Shown here: piece by piece, positions 39,758-61,525 of the stretch
Layout of the letters: each line of letters starts with the position of its first letter
How positions within the stretch are numbered: the first letter of the stretch is position 1
DNA from: the human T2T-CHM13v2.0 reference genome, Homo sapiens
Assembly: GCF_009914755.1 (NCBI RefSeq)
Contig: NC_060948.1
Direction: 5' to 3' (one strand)
DNA: 64,000 bases
The notes under the pieces: model-generated
Told to the model about the DNA's origin: nothing
What the model saw: the letters and a program-made list of their open reading frames with translations, nothing else
The model's database searches: none
Program-made: the position numbers and the translations under genes

Positions 39758-41860
39758 AGATCCATATTTTTTAAATGAAAAAAAATTTCAAAGGTACTCT
39801 GCTTGGTACAATAATCAAATGTATAAACTGAGGAATAAAACATAACCATGAAACCTACTTATAACTGCATATGGAAAATACAGAGGATAATTTTTTAAAT
39901 AACATATTTTGAAAGCCTTAACTAGTAATTTGAAGAGTTGGCATTTGAAAGGCCAGTATGAATATACCTTCAAAGCAGCAACACAGGTTCCCCATGAGAA
40001 AAAGCAAACACAGGGAAAATAAAAACACAAAGGTTCAATCTCTTCTGACCTTTGAAAGACACAGCACAGACAGTGGTCCTTAGGACGAAGAGCAGGAGAC
40101 CCCTAATTCCGTCACCATGGCGATAGGGCATAAACATTGCTGGGTGAGGGCACAATCCACATTGTGAGGTCCAGCTGCTGCCAGGAAGACAGGAGTGCTT
40201 TTACATAGACCGAAAGGTCATTGAAGGCTCAGAGTTTTGTTTCAAGAACTGAATCCCAAGCCCACACGTTATTAGGCTGCGCTTCTTAAAACAAGTGATG
40301 AGATGGGAAAAAGGGCACCCACAAACATACGTATACATTATGTATATAATAATATACAGTATCATATATATAATATATATAACCTATGTATAATATTGTT
40401 TTACATCCTGCATCTTATGTTATATATATTGTATAAAATATAATAATTGATAATATATAAGTTTTATAATTATACAATATGACATATAGTATATATTATA
40501 ATTTATGACATATATAATATATGTTATATATCATATATAGAATATAGTATACGGTTAATATACGTATTAAATATAAATTATACATTATATATATTATATA
40601 TAATATATCTGTTATATATAATACCCATTATGCATAATATATATATTATGTCTATGTTATATATAGTATAAAACAACATATAATAATATATAATTGTATA
40701 TATAAAATGCGACATATAATATATATTATATTTTATAACATATGTAATATATATTATATATTATATATAATACGTTGTATGTATAATACCTATATTAAAT
40801 ATATATTATATGACTATGTTATTAATTACATGTCACATGTGTTATATATTATATATTTTACATAGAATATACCGGTTACATACAATATATACTATGTTAC
40901 CTATAATGTATAATTTATTACATGTAAAATAAAGAATGCAATATATTATGTATAATTTATAATATACAATATGTGGAATGTGATATATATAACATATAAT
41001 ATATGATATATGATATACAGTATATGATATATAACATACAATATATGATTCCTAATATATATGGTATACAATATATATTTTATGATATGTATTCTATATG
41101 TTTTATATTCTGTTCTATATAACTATTTGAAATTATATATAACTGTATAATATTTTATGTAAATATGTAATATAATATATATAACTATATAATATATTAT
41201 ATATAACTATATATTATGTTATGTATACTTTTATAACATAATTTACAAAAAATATCATAATATAATATATATTATATTATTTCATATTACATAATATATA
41301 TTACATATCACCCAATATAACTAACATACATAATATTATAATATAGATTATATTATGTTATATTAAATATCATATATATCATGTATCATATATTCTATAA
41401 TATATATTACACATTATATAATATGTATGCTGTCTATTATGTGATATATATAACTATATATAATTATATTTTTATACATATAACTAGATAAACATGTAAT
41501 TCTACATATTTTCATTTATAATATGTAGAATTATATAATCATATATAATTATTTATATTCTATAAAAAATTTTATCATTATATAAATTATAATATATAAA
41601 AATTATAATATGTACTACAAATATATATATTATATATCATATATGATATAGTACCTTTGTTATATATCATAATACATATAAATGTGTATTATGTTATCTA
41701 TAATTATATAATTTCATATATAAGGTGTATAATATGTATCATATATTATATATGTTATGTAATATATATAGTATATATAAGATGACACAGGATAAATATT
41801 ATATACTATGACATATAAAATATATGAGGTTATATGTTACATATAAGGCATAGCACATAA

Positions 41861-42175
<315 letters not shown>

Positions 42176-44278
42176 AGATCCATATTTTTTAAATGAAAAA
42201 AAATTTCAAAGGTACTCTGCTTGGTACAATAATCAAATGTATAAACTGAGGAATAAAACATAACCATGAAACCTACTTATAACTGCATATGGAAAATACA
42301 GAGGATAATTTTTTAAATAACATATTTTGAAAGCCTTAACTAGTAATTTGAAGAGTTGGCATTTGAAAGGCCAGTATGAATATACCTTCAAAGCAGCAAC
42401 ACAGGTTCCCCATGAGAAAAAGCAAACACAGGGAAAATAAAAACACAAAGGTTCAATCTCTTCTGACCTTTGAAAGACACAGCACAGACAGTGGTCCTTA
42501 GGACGAAGAGCAGGAGACCCCTAATTCCGTCACCATGGCGATAGGGCATAAACATTGCTGGGTGAGGGCACAATCCACATTGTGAGGTCCAGCTGCTGCC
42601 AGGAAGACAGGAGTGCTTTTACATAGACCGAAAGGTCATTGAAGGCTCAGAGTTTTGTTTCAAGAACTGAATCCCAAGCCCACACGTTATTAGGCTGCGC
42701 TTCTTAAAACAAGTGATGAGATGGGAAAAAGGGCACCCACAAACATACGTATACATTATGTATATAATAATATACAGTATCATATATATAATATATATAA
42801 CCTATGTATAATATTGTTTTACATCCTGCATCTTATGTTATATATATTGTATAAAATATAATAATTGATAATATATAAGTTTTATAATTATACAATATGA
42901 CATATAGTATATATTATAATTTATGACATATATAATATATGTTATATATCATATATAGAATATATTATACGGTTAATATACGTATTAAATGTAAATTATA
43001 CCTTATATATATTATATATAATATAACTGTTATATATAATACCCATTATGCATAATATATATATTATGTCTATGTTATATATAGTATAAAACAACATATA
43101 ATAATATATAATTGTATATATAAAATGCGACATATAATATATATTATATTTTATAACATATGTAATATATATTATATATTATATATAATACGTTGTATGT
43201 ATAATACCTATATTAAATATATATTATATGACTATGTTATTAATTACATGTCACATGTGTTATATATTATATATTTTACATAGAATATACCGGTTACATA
43301 CAATATATACTATGTTACCTATAATGTATAATTTATTACATGTAAAATAAAGAATGCAATATATTATGTATAATTTATAATATACAATATGTGGAATGTG
43401 ATATATGTAACATATAATATATGATATATGATATACAGTATATGATATATAACATACAATATATGATTCCTAATATATATGGTATACAATATATATTTTA
43501 TGATATGTATTCTATATGTTTTATATTCTGTTATATATAACTATTTGAAATTATATATAACTGTATAATATTTTATGTAAATATGTAATATAATATATAT
43601 AACTATATAATATATTATATATAACTATATATTATGTTATGTATACTTTTATAACATAATTTACATAAAATATCATAATATAATATATATTATATTATTT
43701 CATATTACATAAGATATATTACATATCACCCAATATAACTAACATACATAATATTATAATATAGATTATATTATGTTATATTAAATATCATATATATCAT
43801 GTATCATATATTCTATAATATATATTACACATTATATAATATGTATGCTGTCTATTATGTGATATATATAACTATATATAATTATATTTTTATACATATA
43901 ACTAGATAAACATGTAATTCTACATATTTTCATTTATAATATGTAGAATTATATAATCATATATAATTATTTATATTCTATAAAAAATTTTATCATTATA
44001 TAAATTATAATATATAAAAATTATAATATGTACTACAAATATATATATTATATATCATATATGATATAGTACCTTTGTTATATATCATAATACATATAAA
44101 TGTGTATTATGTTATCTATAATTATATAATTTCATATATAAGGTGTATAATATGTATCATATATTATATATGTTATGTAATATATATAGTATATATAAGA
44201 TGACACAGGATAAATATTATATACTATGACATATAAAATATATGAGGTTATATGTTACATATAAGGCATAGCACATAA

Positions 44279-44593
<315 letters not shown>

Positions 44594-46696
44594 AGATCCA
44601 TATTTTTTAAATGAAAAAAAATTTCAAAGGTACTCTGCTTGGTACAATAATCAAATGTATAAACTGAGGAATAAAACATAACCATGAAACCTACTTATAA
44701 CTGCATATGGAAAATACAGAGGATAATTTTTTAAATAACATATTTTGAAAGCCTTAACTAGTAATTTGAAGAGTTGGCATTTGAAAGGCCAGTATGAATA
44801 TACCTTCAAAGCAGCAACACAGGTTCCCCATGAGAAAAAGCAAACACAGGGAAAATAAAAACACAAAGGTTCAATCTCTTCTGACCTTTGAAAGACACAG
44901 CACAGACAGTGGTCCTTAGGACGAAGAGCAGGAGACCCCTAATTCCGTCACCATGGCGATAGGGCATAAACATTGCTGGGTGAGGGCACAATCCACATTG
45001 TGAGGTCCAACTGCTGCCAGGAAGACAGGAGTGCTTTTACATAGACCGAAAGGTCATTGAAGGCTCAGAGTTTTGTTTCAAGAACTGAATCCCAAGCCCA
45101 CACGTTATTAGGCTGCGCTTCTTAAAACAAGTGATGAGATGGGAAAAAGGGCACCCACAAACATACGTATACATTATGTATATAATAATATACAGTATCA
45201 TATATATAATATATATAACCTATGTATAATATTGTTTTACATCCTGCATCTTATGTTATATATATTGTATAAAATATAATAATTGATAATATATAAGTTT
45301 TATAATTATACAATATGACATATAGTATATATTATAATTTATGACATATATAATATATGTTATATATCATATATAGAATATATTATACGGTTAATATACG
45401 TATTAAATGTAAATTATACCTTATATATATTATATATAATATAACTGTTATATATAATACCCATTATGCATAATATATATATTATGTCTATGTTATATAT
45501 AGTATAAAACAACATATAATAATATATAATTGTATATATAAAATGCGACATATAATATATATTATATTTTATAACATATGTAATATATATTATATATTAT
45601 ATATAATACGTTGTATGTATAATACCTATATTAAATATATATTATATGACTATGTTATTAATTACATGTCACATGTGTTATATATTATATATTTTACATA
45701 GAATATACCGGTTACATACAATATATACTATGTTACCTATAATGTATAATTTATTACATGTAAAATAAAGAATGCAATATATTATGTATAATTTATAATA
45801 TACAATATGTGGAATGTGATATATGTAACATATAATATATGATATATGATATACAGTATATGATATATAACATACAATATATGATTCCTAATATATATGG
45901 TATACAATATATATTTTATGATATGTATTCTATATATTTTATATTCTGTTATATATAACTATTTGAAATTATATATAACTGTATAATATTTTATGTAAAT
46001 ATGTAATATAATATATATAACTATATAATATATTATATATAACTATATATTATGTTATGTATACTTTTATAACATAATTTACAAAAAATATCATAATATA
46101 ATATATATTATATTATTTCATATTACATAATATATATTACATATCACCCAATATAACTAACATACATAATATTATAATATAGATTATATTATGTTATATT
46201 AAATATCATATATATCATGTATCATATATTCTATAATATATATTACACATTATATAATATGTATGCTGTCTATTATGTGATATATATAACTATATATAAT
46301 TATATTTTTATACATATAACTAGATAAACATGTAATTCTACATATTTTCATTTATAATATGTAGAATTATATAATCATATATAATTATTTATATTCTATA
46401 AAAAATTTTATCATTATATAAATTATAATATATAAAAATTATAATATGTACTACAAATATATATATTATATATCATATATGATATAGTACCTTTGTTATA
46501 TATCATAATACATATAAATGTGTATTATGTTATCTATAATTATATAATTTCATATATAAGGTGTATAATATGTATCATATATTATATATGTTATGTAATA
46601 TATATAGTATATATAAGATGACACAGGATAAATATTATATACTATGACATATAAAATATATGAGGTTATATGTTACATATAAGGCATAGCACATAA

Positions 46697-47011
<315 letters not shown>

Positions 47012-49114
47012 AGATCCATATTTTTTAAATGAAAAAAAATTTCAAAGGTACTCTGCTTGGTACAATAATCAAATGTATAAACTGAGGAATAAAACATAAC
47101 CATGAAACCTACTTATAACTGCATATGGAAAATACAGAGGATAATTTTTTAAATAACATATTTTGAAAGCCTTAACTAGTAATTTGAAGAGTTGGCATTT
47201 GAAAGGCCAGTATGAATATACCTTCAAAGCAGCAACACAGGTTCCCCATGAGAAAAAGCAAACACAGGGAAAATAAAAACACAAAGGTTCAATCTCTTCT
47301 GACCTTTGAAAGACACAGCACAGACAGTGGTCCTTAGGACGAAGAGCAGGAGACCCCTAATTCCGTCACCATGGCGATAGGGCATAAACATTGCTGGGTG
47401 AGGGCACAATCCACATTGTGAGGTCCAACTGCTGCCAGGAAGACAGGAGTGCTTTTACATAGACCGAAAGGTCATTGAAGGCTCAGAGTTTTGTTTCAAG
47501 AACTGAATCCCAAGCCCACACGTTATTAGGCTGCGCTTCTTAAAACAAGTTATGAGATGGGAAAAAGGGCACCCACAAACATACGTATACATTATGTATA
47601 TAATAATATACAGTATCATATATATAATATATATAACCTATGTATAATATTGTTTTACATCCTGCATCTTATGTTATATATATTGTATAAAATATAATAA
47701 TTGATAATATATAAGTTTTATAATTATACAATATGACATATAGTATATATTATAATTTATGACATATATAATATATGTTATATATCATATATAGAGTATA
47801 GTATACGGTTAATATACGTATTAAATATAAATTATACATTATATATATTATATATAATATATCTGTTATATATAATACCCATTATGCATAATATATATAT
47901 TATGTCTATGTTATATATAGTATAAAACAACATATAATAATATATAATTGTATATATAAAATGCGACATATAATATATATTATATTTTATAACATATGTA
48001 ATATATATTATATATTATCTATAATACGTTGTATGTATAATACCTATATTAAATATATATTATATGACTATGTTATTAATTACATGTCACATGTGTTATA
48101 TATTATATATTTTAAATAGAATATACCGGTTACATACAATATATACTATGTTACCTATAATGTATAATTTATTACATGTAAAATAAGGAATGCGATATAT
48201 TATGTATAATTTATAATATACAATATGTGGAATGTGATATATATAACATATAATATATGATATATGATATACAGTATATGATATATAACATACAATATAT
48301 GATTCCTAATATATATGGTATACAATATATATTTTATGATATGTATTCTATATGTTTTATATTCTGTTATATATAACTATTTGAAATTATATATAACTGT
48401 ATAATATTTTATGTAAATATGTAATATAATATATATAACTATATAATATATTATATGTAACTATATATTATGTTATGTATACTTTTATAACATAATTTAC
48501 AAAAAATATCATAATATAATATATATTATATTATTTCATATTACATAATATATATTACATATCACCCAATATAACTAACATACATAATATTATAATATAG
48601 ATTATATTATGTTATATTAAATATCATATATATCATGTATCATATATTCTATAATATATATTACACATTATATAATATGTATGCTGTCTATTATGTGATA
48701 TATATAACTATATATAATTATATTTTTATACATATAACTAGATAAACATGTAATTCTACATATTTTCATTTATAATATGTAGAATTATATAATCATATAT
48801 AATTATTTATATTCTATAAAAAATTTTATCATTATATAAATTATAATATATAAAAATTATAATATGTACTACAAATATATATATTATATATCATATATGA
48901 TATAGTACCTTTGTTATATATCATAATACATATAAATGTGTATTATGTTATCTATAATTATATAATTTCATATATAAGGTGTATAATATGTATCATATAT
49001 TATATATGTTATGTAATATATATAGTATATATAAGATGACACAGGATAAATATTATATACTATGACATATAAAATATATGAGGTTATATGTTACATATAA
49101 GGCATAGCACATAA

Positions 49115-49429
<315 letters not shown>

Positions 49430-51533
49430 AGATCCATATTTTTTAAATGAAAAAAAATTTCAAAGGTACTCTGCTTGGTACAATAATCAAATGTATAAAC
49501 TGAGGAATAAAACATAACCATGAAACCTACTTATAACTGCATATGGAAAATACAGAGGATAATTTTTTAAATAACATATTTTGAAAGCCTTAACTAGTAA
49601 TTTGAAGAGTTGGCATTTGAAAGGCCAGTATGAATATACCTTCAAAGCAGCAACACAGGTTCCCCATGAGAAAAAGCAAACACAGGGAAAATAAAAACAC
49701 AAAGGTTCAATCTCTTCTGACCTTTGAAAGACACAGCACAGACAGTGGTCCTTAGGACGAAGAGCAGGAGACCCCTAATTCCGTCACCATGGCGATAGGG
49801 CATAAACATTGCTGGGTGAGGGCACAATCCACATTGTGAGGTCCAACTGCTGCCAGGAAGACAGGAGTGCTTTTACATAGACCGAAAGGTCATTGAAGGC
49901 TCAGAGTTTTGTTTCAAGAACTGAATCCCAAGCCCACACGTTATTAGGCTGCGCTTCTTAAAACAAGTTATGAGATGGGAAAAAGGGCACCCACAAACAT
50001 ACGTATACATTATGTATATAATAATATACAGTATCATATATATAATATATATAACCTATGTATAATATTGTTTTACATCCTGCATCTTATGTTATATATA
50101 TTGTATAAAATATAATAATTGATAATATATAAGTTTTATAATTATACAATATGACATATAGTATATATTATAATTTATGACATATATAATATATGTTATA
50201 TATCATATATAGAGTATATTATACGGTTAATATACGTATTAAATATAAATTATACATTATATATATTATATATAATATATCTGTTATATATAATACCCAT
50301 TATGCATAATATATATATTATGTCTATGTTATATATAGTATAAAACAACATATAATAATATATAATTGTATATATAAAATGCGACATATAATATATATTA
50401 TATTTTATAACATATGTAATATATATTATATATTATCTATAATACGTTGTATGTATAATACCTATATTAAATATATATTATATGACTATGTTATTAATTA
50501 CATGTCACATGTGTTATATATTATATATTTTAAATAGAATATACCGGTTACATACAATATATACTATGTTACCTATAATGTATAATTTATTACATGTAAA
50601 ATAAGGAATGCAATATATTATGTATAATTTATAATATACAATATGTGGAATGTGATATATATAACATATAATATATGATATATGATATACAGTATATGAT
50701 ATATAACATACAATATATGATTCCTAATATATATGGTATACAATATATATTTTATGATATGTATTCTATATGTTTTATATTCTGTTATATATAACTATTT
50801 GAAATTATATATAACTGTATAATATTTTATGTAATATGTAATATAATATATATAACTATATAATATATTATATATAACTATATATTATGTTATATATACT
50901 TTTATAACATAATTTACATAAAATATCATAATATAATATATATTATATTATTTCATATTACATAATATATATTACATATCACCCAATATAACTAACGTAC
51001 ATAATATTATAATATAGATTATATTATGTTATATTAAATATCATATATATCATGTATCATATATTCTATAGTATATATTACACATTATATAATATGTATG
51101 TTGTCTATTATGTGATATATATAACTATATATATAATTATATTTTTATACATATAACTAGATAAACATGTAATTCTACATATTTTCATTTATAATATGTA
51201 GAATTATATAATCATATATAATTATTTATATTCTATAAAAAATTTTATCATTATATGAATTATAATATATAAAAATTATAATATGTACTACAAATATATA
51301 TATTATATATCATATATGATATAGTACCTTTGTTATATATCATAATACATATAAATGTGTATTATGTTATCTATAATTATATAATTTCATATATAAGATG
51401 TATAATATGTATCATATATTATATATGTTATGTAATATATATAGTATATATAAGATGACACAGGATAAATATTATATACTATGACATATAAAATATATGA
51501 GGTTATATGTTACATATAATGCATAGCACATAA

Positions 51534-51848
<315 letters not shown>

Positions 51849-53953
51849 AGATCCGTATTTTTTAAATGAAAAAAAATTTCAAAAGTACTCTGCTTGGTAC
51901 AATAATCAAATGTATAAACTGAGGAATAAAACATAACCATGAAACCTACTTATAACTGCATATGGAAAATACAGAGGATAATTTTTTAAATAACATATTT
52001 TGAAAGCCTTAACTAGTAATTTGAAGAGTTGGCATTTGAAAGGCCAGTATGAATATACCTTCAAAGCAGCAACACAGGTTCCCCATGAGAAAAAGCAAAC
52101 TCAGGGAAAATAAAACCACAAAGGTTCAATCTCTTCTGACCTTTGAAAGACACAGCACAGACAGTGGTCCTTAGGACGAAGAGCAGGAGACCCCTAATTC
52201 CGTCACCATGGCGATAGGGCATAAACATTGCTGGGTGAGGGCACAATCCACATTGTGAGGTCCAACTGCTGCCAGGAAGACAGGAGTGCTTTTACATAGA
52301 CCGAAAGGTCATTGAAGGCTCAGAGTTTTGTTTCAAGAACTGAATCCCAAGCCCACACGTTATTAGGCTGCGCTTCTTAAAACAAGTTATGAGATGGGAA
52401 AAAGGGCACCCACAAACATACGTATACATTATGTATATAATAATATACAGTATCATATATATAATATATATAACCTATGTATAATATTGTTTTACATCCT
52501 GCATCTTATGTTATATATATTGTATAAAATATAATAATTGATAATATATAAGTTTTATAATTATACAATATGACATATAGTATATATTATAATTTATGAC
52601 ATATATAATATATGTTATATATCATATATAGAATATATTATACGGTTAATATACGTATTAAATATAAATTATACATTATATATATTATATATAATATATC
52701 TGTTATATATAATACCCATTATGCATAATATATATATTATGTCTATGTTATATATAGTATAAAACAACATATAATAATATATAATTGTATATATAAAATG
52801 CGACATATAATATATATTATATTTTATAACATATGTAATATATATTATATATTATATATAATACGTTGTATGTATAATACCTATATTAAATATATATTAT
52901 ATGACTATGTTATTAATTACATGTCACATGTGTTATATATTATATATTTTACATAGAATATACCGGTTAGATACAATATATACTATGTTACCTATAATGT
53001 ATAATTTATTACATGTAAAATAAAGAATGCAATATATTATGTATAATTTATAATATACAATATGTGGAATGTGATATATATAACATATAATATATGATAT
53101 ATGATATACAGTATATGATATATAACATACAATATATGATTCCTAATATATATGGTATACAATATATATTTTATGATATGTATTCTATATGTTTTATATT
53201 CTGTTATATATAACTATTTGAAATTATATATAACTGTATAATATTTTATGTAAATATGTAATATAATATATATAACTATATAATATATTATATATAACTA
53301 TATATTATGTTATATATACTTTTATAACATAATTTACATAAAATATCATAATATAATATATATTATATTATTTCATATTACATAATATATATTACATATC
53401 ACCCAATATAACTAACATACATAATATTATAATATAGATTATATTATGTTATATTAAATATCATATATATCATGTATCATATATTCTATAATATATATTA
53501 CACTTTATATATTATGTATGTTGTCTATTATGTGATATATATAACTATATATATAATTATATTTTTATACATATAACTAGATAACCATGTAATTCTACAT
53601 ATTTTCATTTATAATATGTAGAATTATATAATCATATATAATTATTTATATTCTATAAAAAATTTTATCATTATATAAATTATAATATATAAAAATTATA
53701 ATATGTACTACAAATATATATATTATATATCATATATGATATAGTACCTTTGTTATATATCATAATACATATAAATGTGTATTATGTTATCTATAATTAT
53801 ATAATTTCATATATAAGGTGTATAATATGTATCATATATTATATATGTTATGTAATATATATAGTATATATAAGATGACACAGGATAAATATTATATACT
53901 ATGACATATAAAATATATGAGGTTATATGTTACATATAAGGCATAGCACATAA

Positions 53954-54268
<315 letters not shown>

Positions 54269-56371
54269 AGATCCATATTTTTTAAATGAAAAAAAATTTC
54301 AAAGGTACTCTGCTTGGTACAATAATCAAATGTATAAACTGAGGAATAAAACATAACCATGAAACCTACTTATAACTGCATATGGAAAATACAGAGGATA
54401 ATTTTTTAAATAACATATTTTGAAAGCCTTAACTAGTAATTTGAAGAGTTGGCATTTGAAAGGCCAGTATGAATATACCTTCAAAGCAGCAACACAGGTT
54501 CCCCATGAGAAAAAGCAAACACAGGGAAAATAAAAACACAAAGGTTCAATCTCTTCTGACCTTTGAAAGACACAGCACAGACAGTGGTCCTTAGGACGAA
54601 GAGCAGGAGACCCCTAATTCCGTCACCATGGCGATAGGGCATAAACATTGCTGGGTGAGGGCACAATCCACATTGTGAGGTCCAACTGCTGCCAGGAAGA
54701 CAGGAGTGCTTTTACATAGACCGAAAGGTCATTGAAGGCTCAGAGTTTTGTTTCAAGAACTGAATCCCAAGCCCACACGTTATTAGGCTGCGCTTCTTAA
54801 AACAAGTTATGAGATGGGAAAAAGGGCACCCACAAACATACGTATACATTATGTATATAATAATATACAGTATCATATATATAATATATATAACCTATGT
54901 ATAATATTGTTTTACATCCTGCATCTTATGTTATATATATTGTATAAAATATAATAATTGATAATATATAAGTTTTATAATTATACAATATGACATATAG
55001 TATATATTATAATTTATGACATATATAATATATGTTATATATCATATATAGAATATAGTATACGGTTAATATACGTATTAAATATAAATTATACATTATA
55101 TATATTATATATAATATATCTGTTATATATAATACCCATTATGCATAATATATATATTATGTCTATGTTATATATAGTATAAAACAACATATAATAATAT
55201 ATAATTGTATATATAAAATGCGACATATAATATATATTATATTTTATAACATATGTAATATATATTATATATTATATATAATACGTTGTATGTATAATAC
55301 CTATATTAAATATATATTATATGACTATGTTATTAATTACATGTCACATGTGTTATATATTATATATTTTACATAGAATATACCGGTTACATACAATATA
55401 TACTATGTTACCTATAATGTATAATTTATTACATGTAAAATAAAGAATGCAATATATTATGTATAATTTATAATATACAATATGTGGAATGTGATATATA
55501 TAACATATAATATATGATATATGATATACAGTATATGATATATAACATACAATATATGATTCCTAATATATATGGTATACAATATATATTTTATGATATG
55601 TATTCTATATGTTTTATATTCTGTTATATATAACTATTTGAAATTATATATAACTGTATAATATTTTATGTAAATATGTAATATAATATATATAACTATA
55701 TAATATATTATATATAACTATATATTATGTTATGTATACTTTTATAACATAATTTACAAAAAATATCATAATATAATATATATTATATTATTTCATATTA
55801 CATAATATATATTACATATCACCCAATATAACTAACATACATAATATTATAATATAGATTATATTATGTTATATTAAATATCATATATATCATGTATCAT
55901 ATATTCTATAATATATATTACACATTATATAATATGTATGCTGTCTATTATGTGATATATATAACTATATATAATTATATTTTTATACATATAACTAGAT
56001 AAACATGTAATTCTACATATTTTCATTTATAATATGTAGAATTATATAATCATATATAATTATTTATATTCTATAAAAAATTTTATCATTATATAAATTA
56101 TAATATATAAAAATTATAATATGTACTACAAATATATATATTATATATCATATATGATATAGTACCTTTGTTATATATCATAATACATATAAATGTGTAT
56201 TATGTTATCTATAATTATATAATTTCATATATAAGGTGTATAATATGTATCATATATTATATATGTTATGTAATATATATAGTATATATAAGATGACACA
56301 GGATAAATATTATATACTATGACATATAAAATATATGAGGTTATATGTTACATATAAGGCATAGCACATAA

Positions 56372-56686
<315 letters not shown>

Positions 56687-58790
56687 AGATCCATATTTTT
56701 TAAATGAAAAAAAATTTCAAAGGTACTCTGCTTGGTACAATAATCAAATGTATAAACTGAGGAATAAAACATAACCATGAAACCTACTTATAACTGCATA
56801 TGGAAAATACAGAGGATAATTTTTTAAATAACATATTTTGAAAGCCTTAACTAGTAATTTGAAGAGTTGGCATTTGAAAGGCCAGTATGAATATACCTTC
56901 AAAGCAGCAACACAGGTTCCCCATGAGAAAAAGCAAACACAGGGAAAATAAAAACACAAAGGTTCAATCTCTTCTGACCTTTGAAAGACACAGCACAGAC
57001 AGTGGTCCTTAGGACGAAGAGCAGGAGACCCCTAATTCCGTCACCATGGCGATAGGGCATAAACATTGCTGGGTGAGGGCACAATCCACATTGTGAGGTC
57101 CAACTGCTGCCAGGAAGACAGGAGTGCTTTTACATAGACCGAAAGGTCATTGAAGGCTCAGAGTTTTGTTTCAAGAACTGAATCCCAAGCCCACACGTTA
57201 TTAGGCTGCGCTTCTTAAAACAAGTTATGAGATGGGAAAAAGGGCACCCACAAACATACGTATACATTATGTATATAATAATATACAGTATCATATATAT
57301 AATATATATAACCTATGTATAATATTGTTTTACATCCTGCATCTTATGTTATATATATTGTATAAAATATAATAATTGATAATATATAAGTTTTATAATT
57401 ATACAATATGACATATAGTATATATTATAATTTATGACATATATAATATATGTTATATATCATATATAGAGTATATTATACGGTTAATATACGTATTAAA
57501 TATAAATTATACATTATATATATTATATATAATATATCTGTTATATATAATACCCATTATGCATAATATATATATTATGTCTATGTTATATATAGTATAA
57601 AACAACATATAATAATATATAATTGTATATATAAAATGCGACATATAATATATATTATATTTTATAACATATGTAATATATATTATATATTATCTATAAT
57701 ACGTTGTATGTATAATACCTATATTAAATATATATTATATGACTATGTTATTAATTACATGTCACATGTGTTATATATTATATATTTTAAATAGAATATA
57801 CCGGTTACATACAATATATACTATGTTACCTATAATGTATAATTTATTACATGTAAAATAAGGAATGCAATATATTATGTATAATTTATAATATACAATA
57901 TGTGGAATGTGATATATATAACATATAATATATGATATATGATATACAGTATATGATATATAACATACAATATATGATTCCTAATATATATGGTATACAA
58001 TATATATTTTATGATATGTATTCTATATGTTTTATATTCTGTTATATATAACTATTTGAAATTATATATAACTGTATAATATTTTATGTAATATGTAATA
58101 TAATATATATAACTATATAATATATTATATATAACTATATATTATGTTATATATACTTTTATAACATAATTTACATAAAATATCATAATATAATATATAT
58201 TATATTATTTCATATTACATAATATATATTACATATCACCCAATATAACTAACGTACATAATATTATAATATAGATTATATTATGTTATATTAAATATCA
58301 TATATATCATGTATCATATATTCTATAGTATATATTACACATTATATAATATGTATGTTGTCTATTATGTGATATATATAACTATATATATAATTATATT
58401 TTTATACATATAACTAGATAAACATGTAATTCTACATATTTTCATTTATAATATGTAGAATTATATAATCATATATAATTATTTATATTCTATAAAAAAT
58501 TTTATCATTATATGAATTATAATATATAAAAATTATAATATGTACTACAAATATATATATTATATATCATATATGATATAGTACCTTTGTTATATATCAT
58601 AATACATATAAATGTGTATTATGTTATCTATAATTATATAATTTCATATATAAGATGTATAATATGTATCATATATTATATATGTTATGTAATATATATA
58701 GTATATATAAGATGACACAGGATAAATATTATATACTATGACATATAAAATATATGAGGTTATATGTTACATATAATGCATAGCACATAA

Positions 58791-59105
<315 letters not shown>

Positions 59106-61210
59106 AGATCCGTATTTTTTAAATGAAAAAAAATTTCAAAGGTACTCTGCTTGGTACAATAATCAAATGTATAAACTGAGGAATAAAACATAACCATGAA
59201 ACCTACTTATAACTGCATATGGAAAATACAGAGGATAATTTTTTAAATAACATATTTTGAAAGCCTTAACTAGTAATTTGAAGAGTTGGCATTTGAAAGG
59301 CCAGTATGAATATACCTTCAAAGCAGCAACACAGGTTCCCCATGAGAAAAAGCAAACTCAGGGAAAATAAAACCACAAAGGTTCAATCTCTTCTGACCTT
59401 TGAAAGACACAGCACAGACAGTGGTCCTTAGGACGAAGAGCAGGAGACCCCTAATTCCGTCACCATGGCGATAGGGCATAAACATTGCTGGGTGAGGGCA
59501 CAATCCACATTGTGAGGTCCAACTGCTGCCAGGAAGACAGGAGTGCTTTTACATAGACCGAAAGGTCATTGAAGGCTCAGAGTTTTGTTTCAAGAACTGA
59601 ATCCCAAGCCCACACGTTATTAGGCTGCGCTTCTTAAAACAAGTTATGAGATGGGAAAAAGGGCACCCACAAACATACGTATACATTATGTATATAATAA
59701 TATACAGTATCATATATATAATATATATAACCTATGTATAATATTGTTTTACATCCTGCATCTTATGTTATATATATTGTATAAAATATAATAATTGATA
59801 ATATATAAGTTTTATAATTATACAATATGACATATAGTATATATTATAATTTATGACATATATAATATATGTTATATATCATATATAGAATATAGTATAC
59901 GGTTAATATACGTATTAAATATAAATTATACATTATATATATTATATATAATATATCTGTTATATATAATACCCATTATGCATAATATATATATTATGTC
60001 TATGTTATATATAGTATAAAACAACATATAATAATATATAATTGTATATATAAAATGCGACATATAATATATATTATATTTTATAACATATGTAATATAT
60101 ATTATATATTATATATAATACGTTGTATGTATAATACCTATATTAAATATATATTATATGACTATGTTATTAATTACATGTCACATGTGTTATATATTAT
60201 ATATTTTACATAGAATATACCGGTTACATACAATATATACTATGTTACCTATAATGTATAATTTATTACATGTAAAATAAAGAATGCAATATATTATGTA
60301 TAATTTATAATATACAATATGTGGAATGTGATATATATAACATATAATATATGATATATGATATACAGTATATGATATATAACATACAATATATGATTCC
60401 TAATATATATGGTATACAATATATATTTTATGATATGTATTCTATATGTTTTATATTCTGTTATATATAACTATTTGAAATTATATATAACTGTATAATA
60501 TTTTATGTAAATATGTAATATAATATATATAACTATATAATATATTATATATAACTATATATTATGTTATATATACTTTTATAACATAATTTACATAAAA
60601 TATCATAATATAATATATATTATATTATTTCATATTACATAATATATATTACATATCACCCAATATAACTAACATACATAATATTATAATATAGATTATA
60701 TTATGTTATATTAAATATCATATATATCATGTATCATATATTCTATAATATATATTACACTTTATATATTATGTATGTTGTCTATTATGTGATATATATA
60801 ACTATATATATAATTATATTTTTATACATATAACTAGATAACCATGTAATTCTACATATTTTCATTTATAATATGTAGAATTATATAATCATATATAATT
60901 ATTTATATTCTATAAAAAATTTTATCATTATATAAATTATAATATATAAAAATTATAATATGTACTACAAATATATATATTATATATCATATATGATATA
61001 GTACCTTTGTTATATATCATAATACATATAAATGTGTATTATGTTATCTATAATTATATAATTTCATATATAAGGTGTATAATATGTATCATATATTATA
61101 TATGTTATGTAATATATATAGTATATATAAGATGACACAGGATAAATATTATATACTATGACATATAAAATATATGAGGTTATATGTTACATATAAGGCA
61201 TAGCACATAA

Positions 61211-61525
<315 letters not shown>
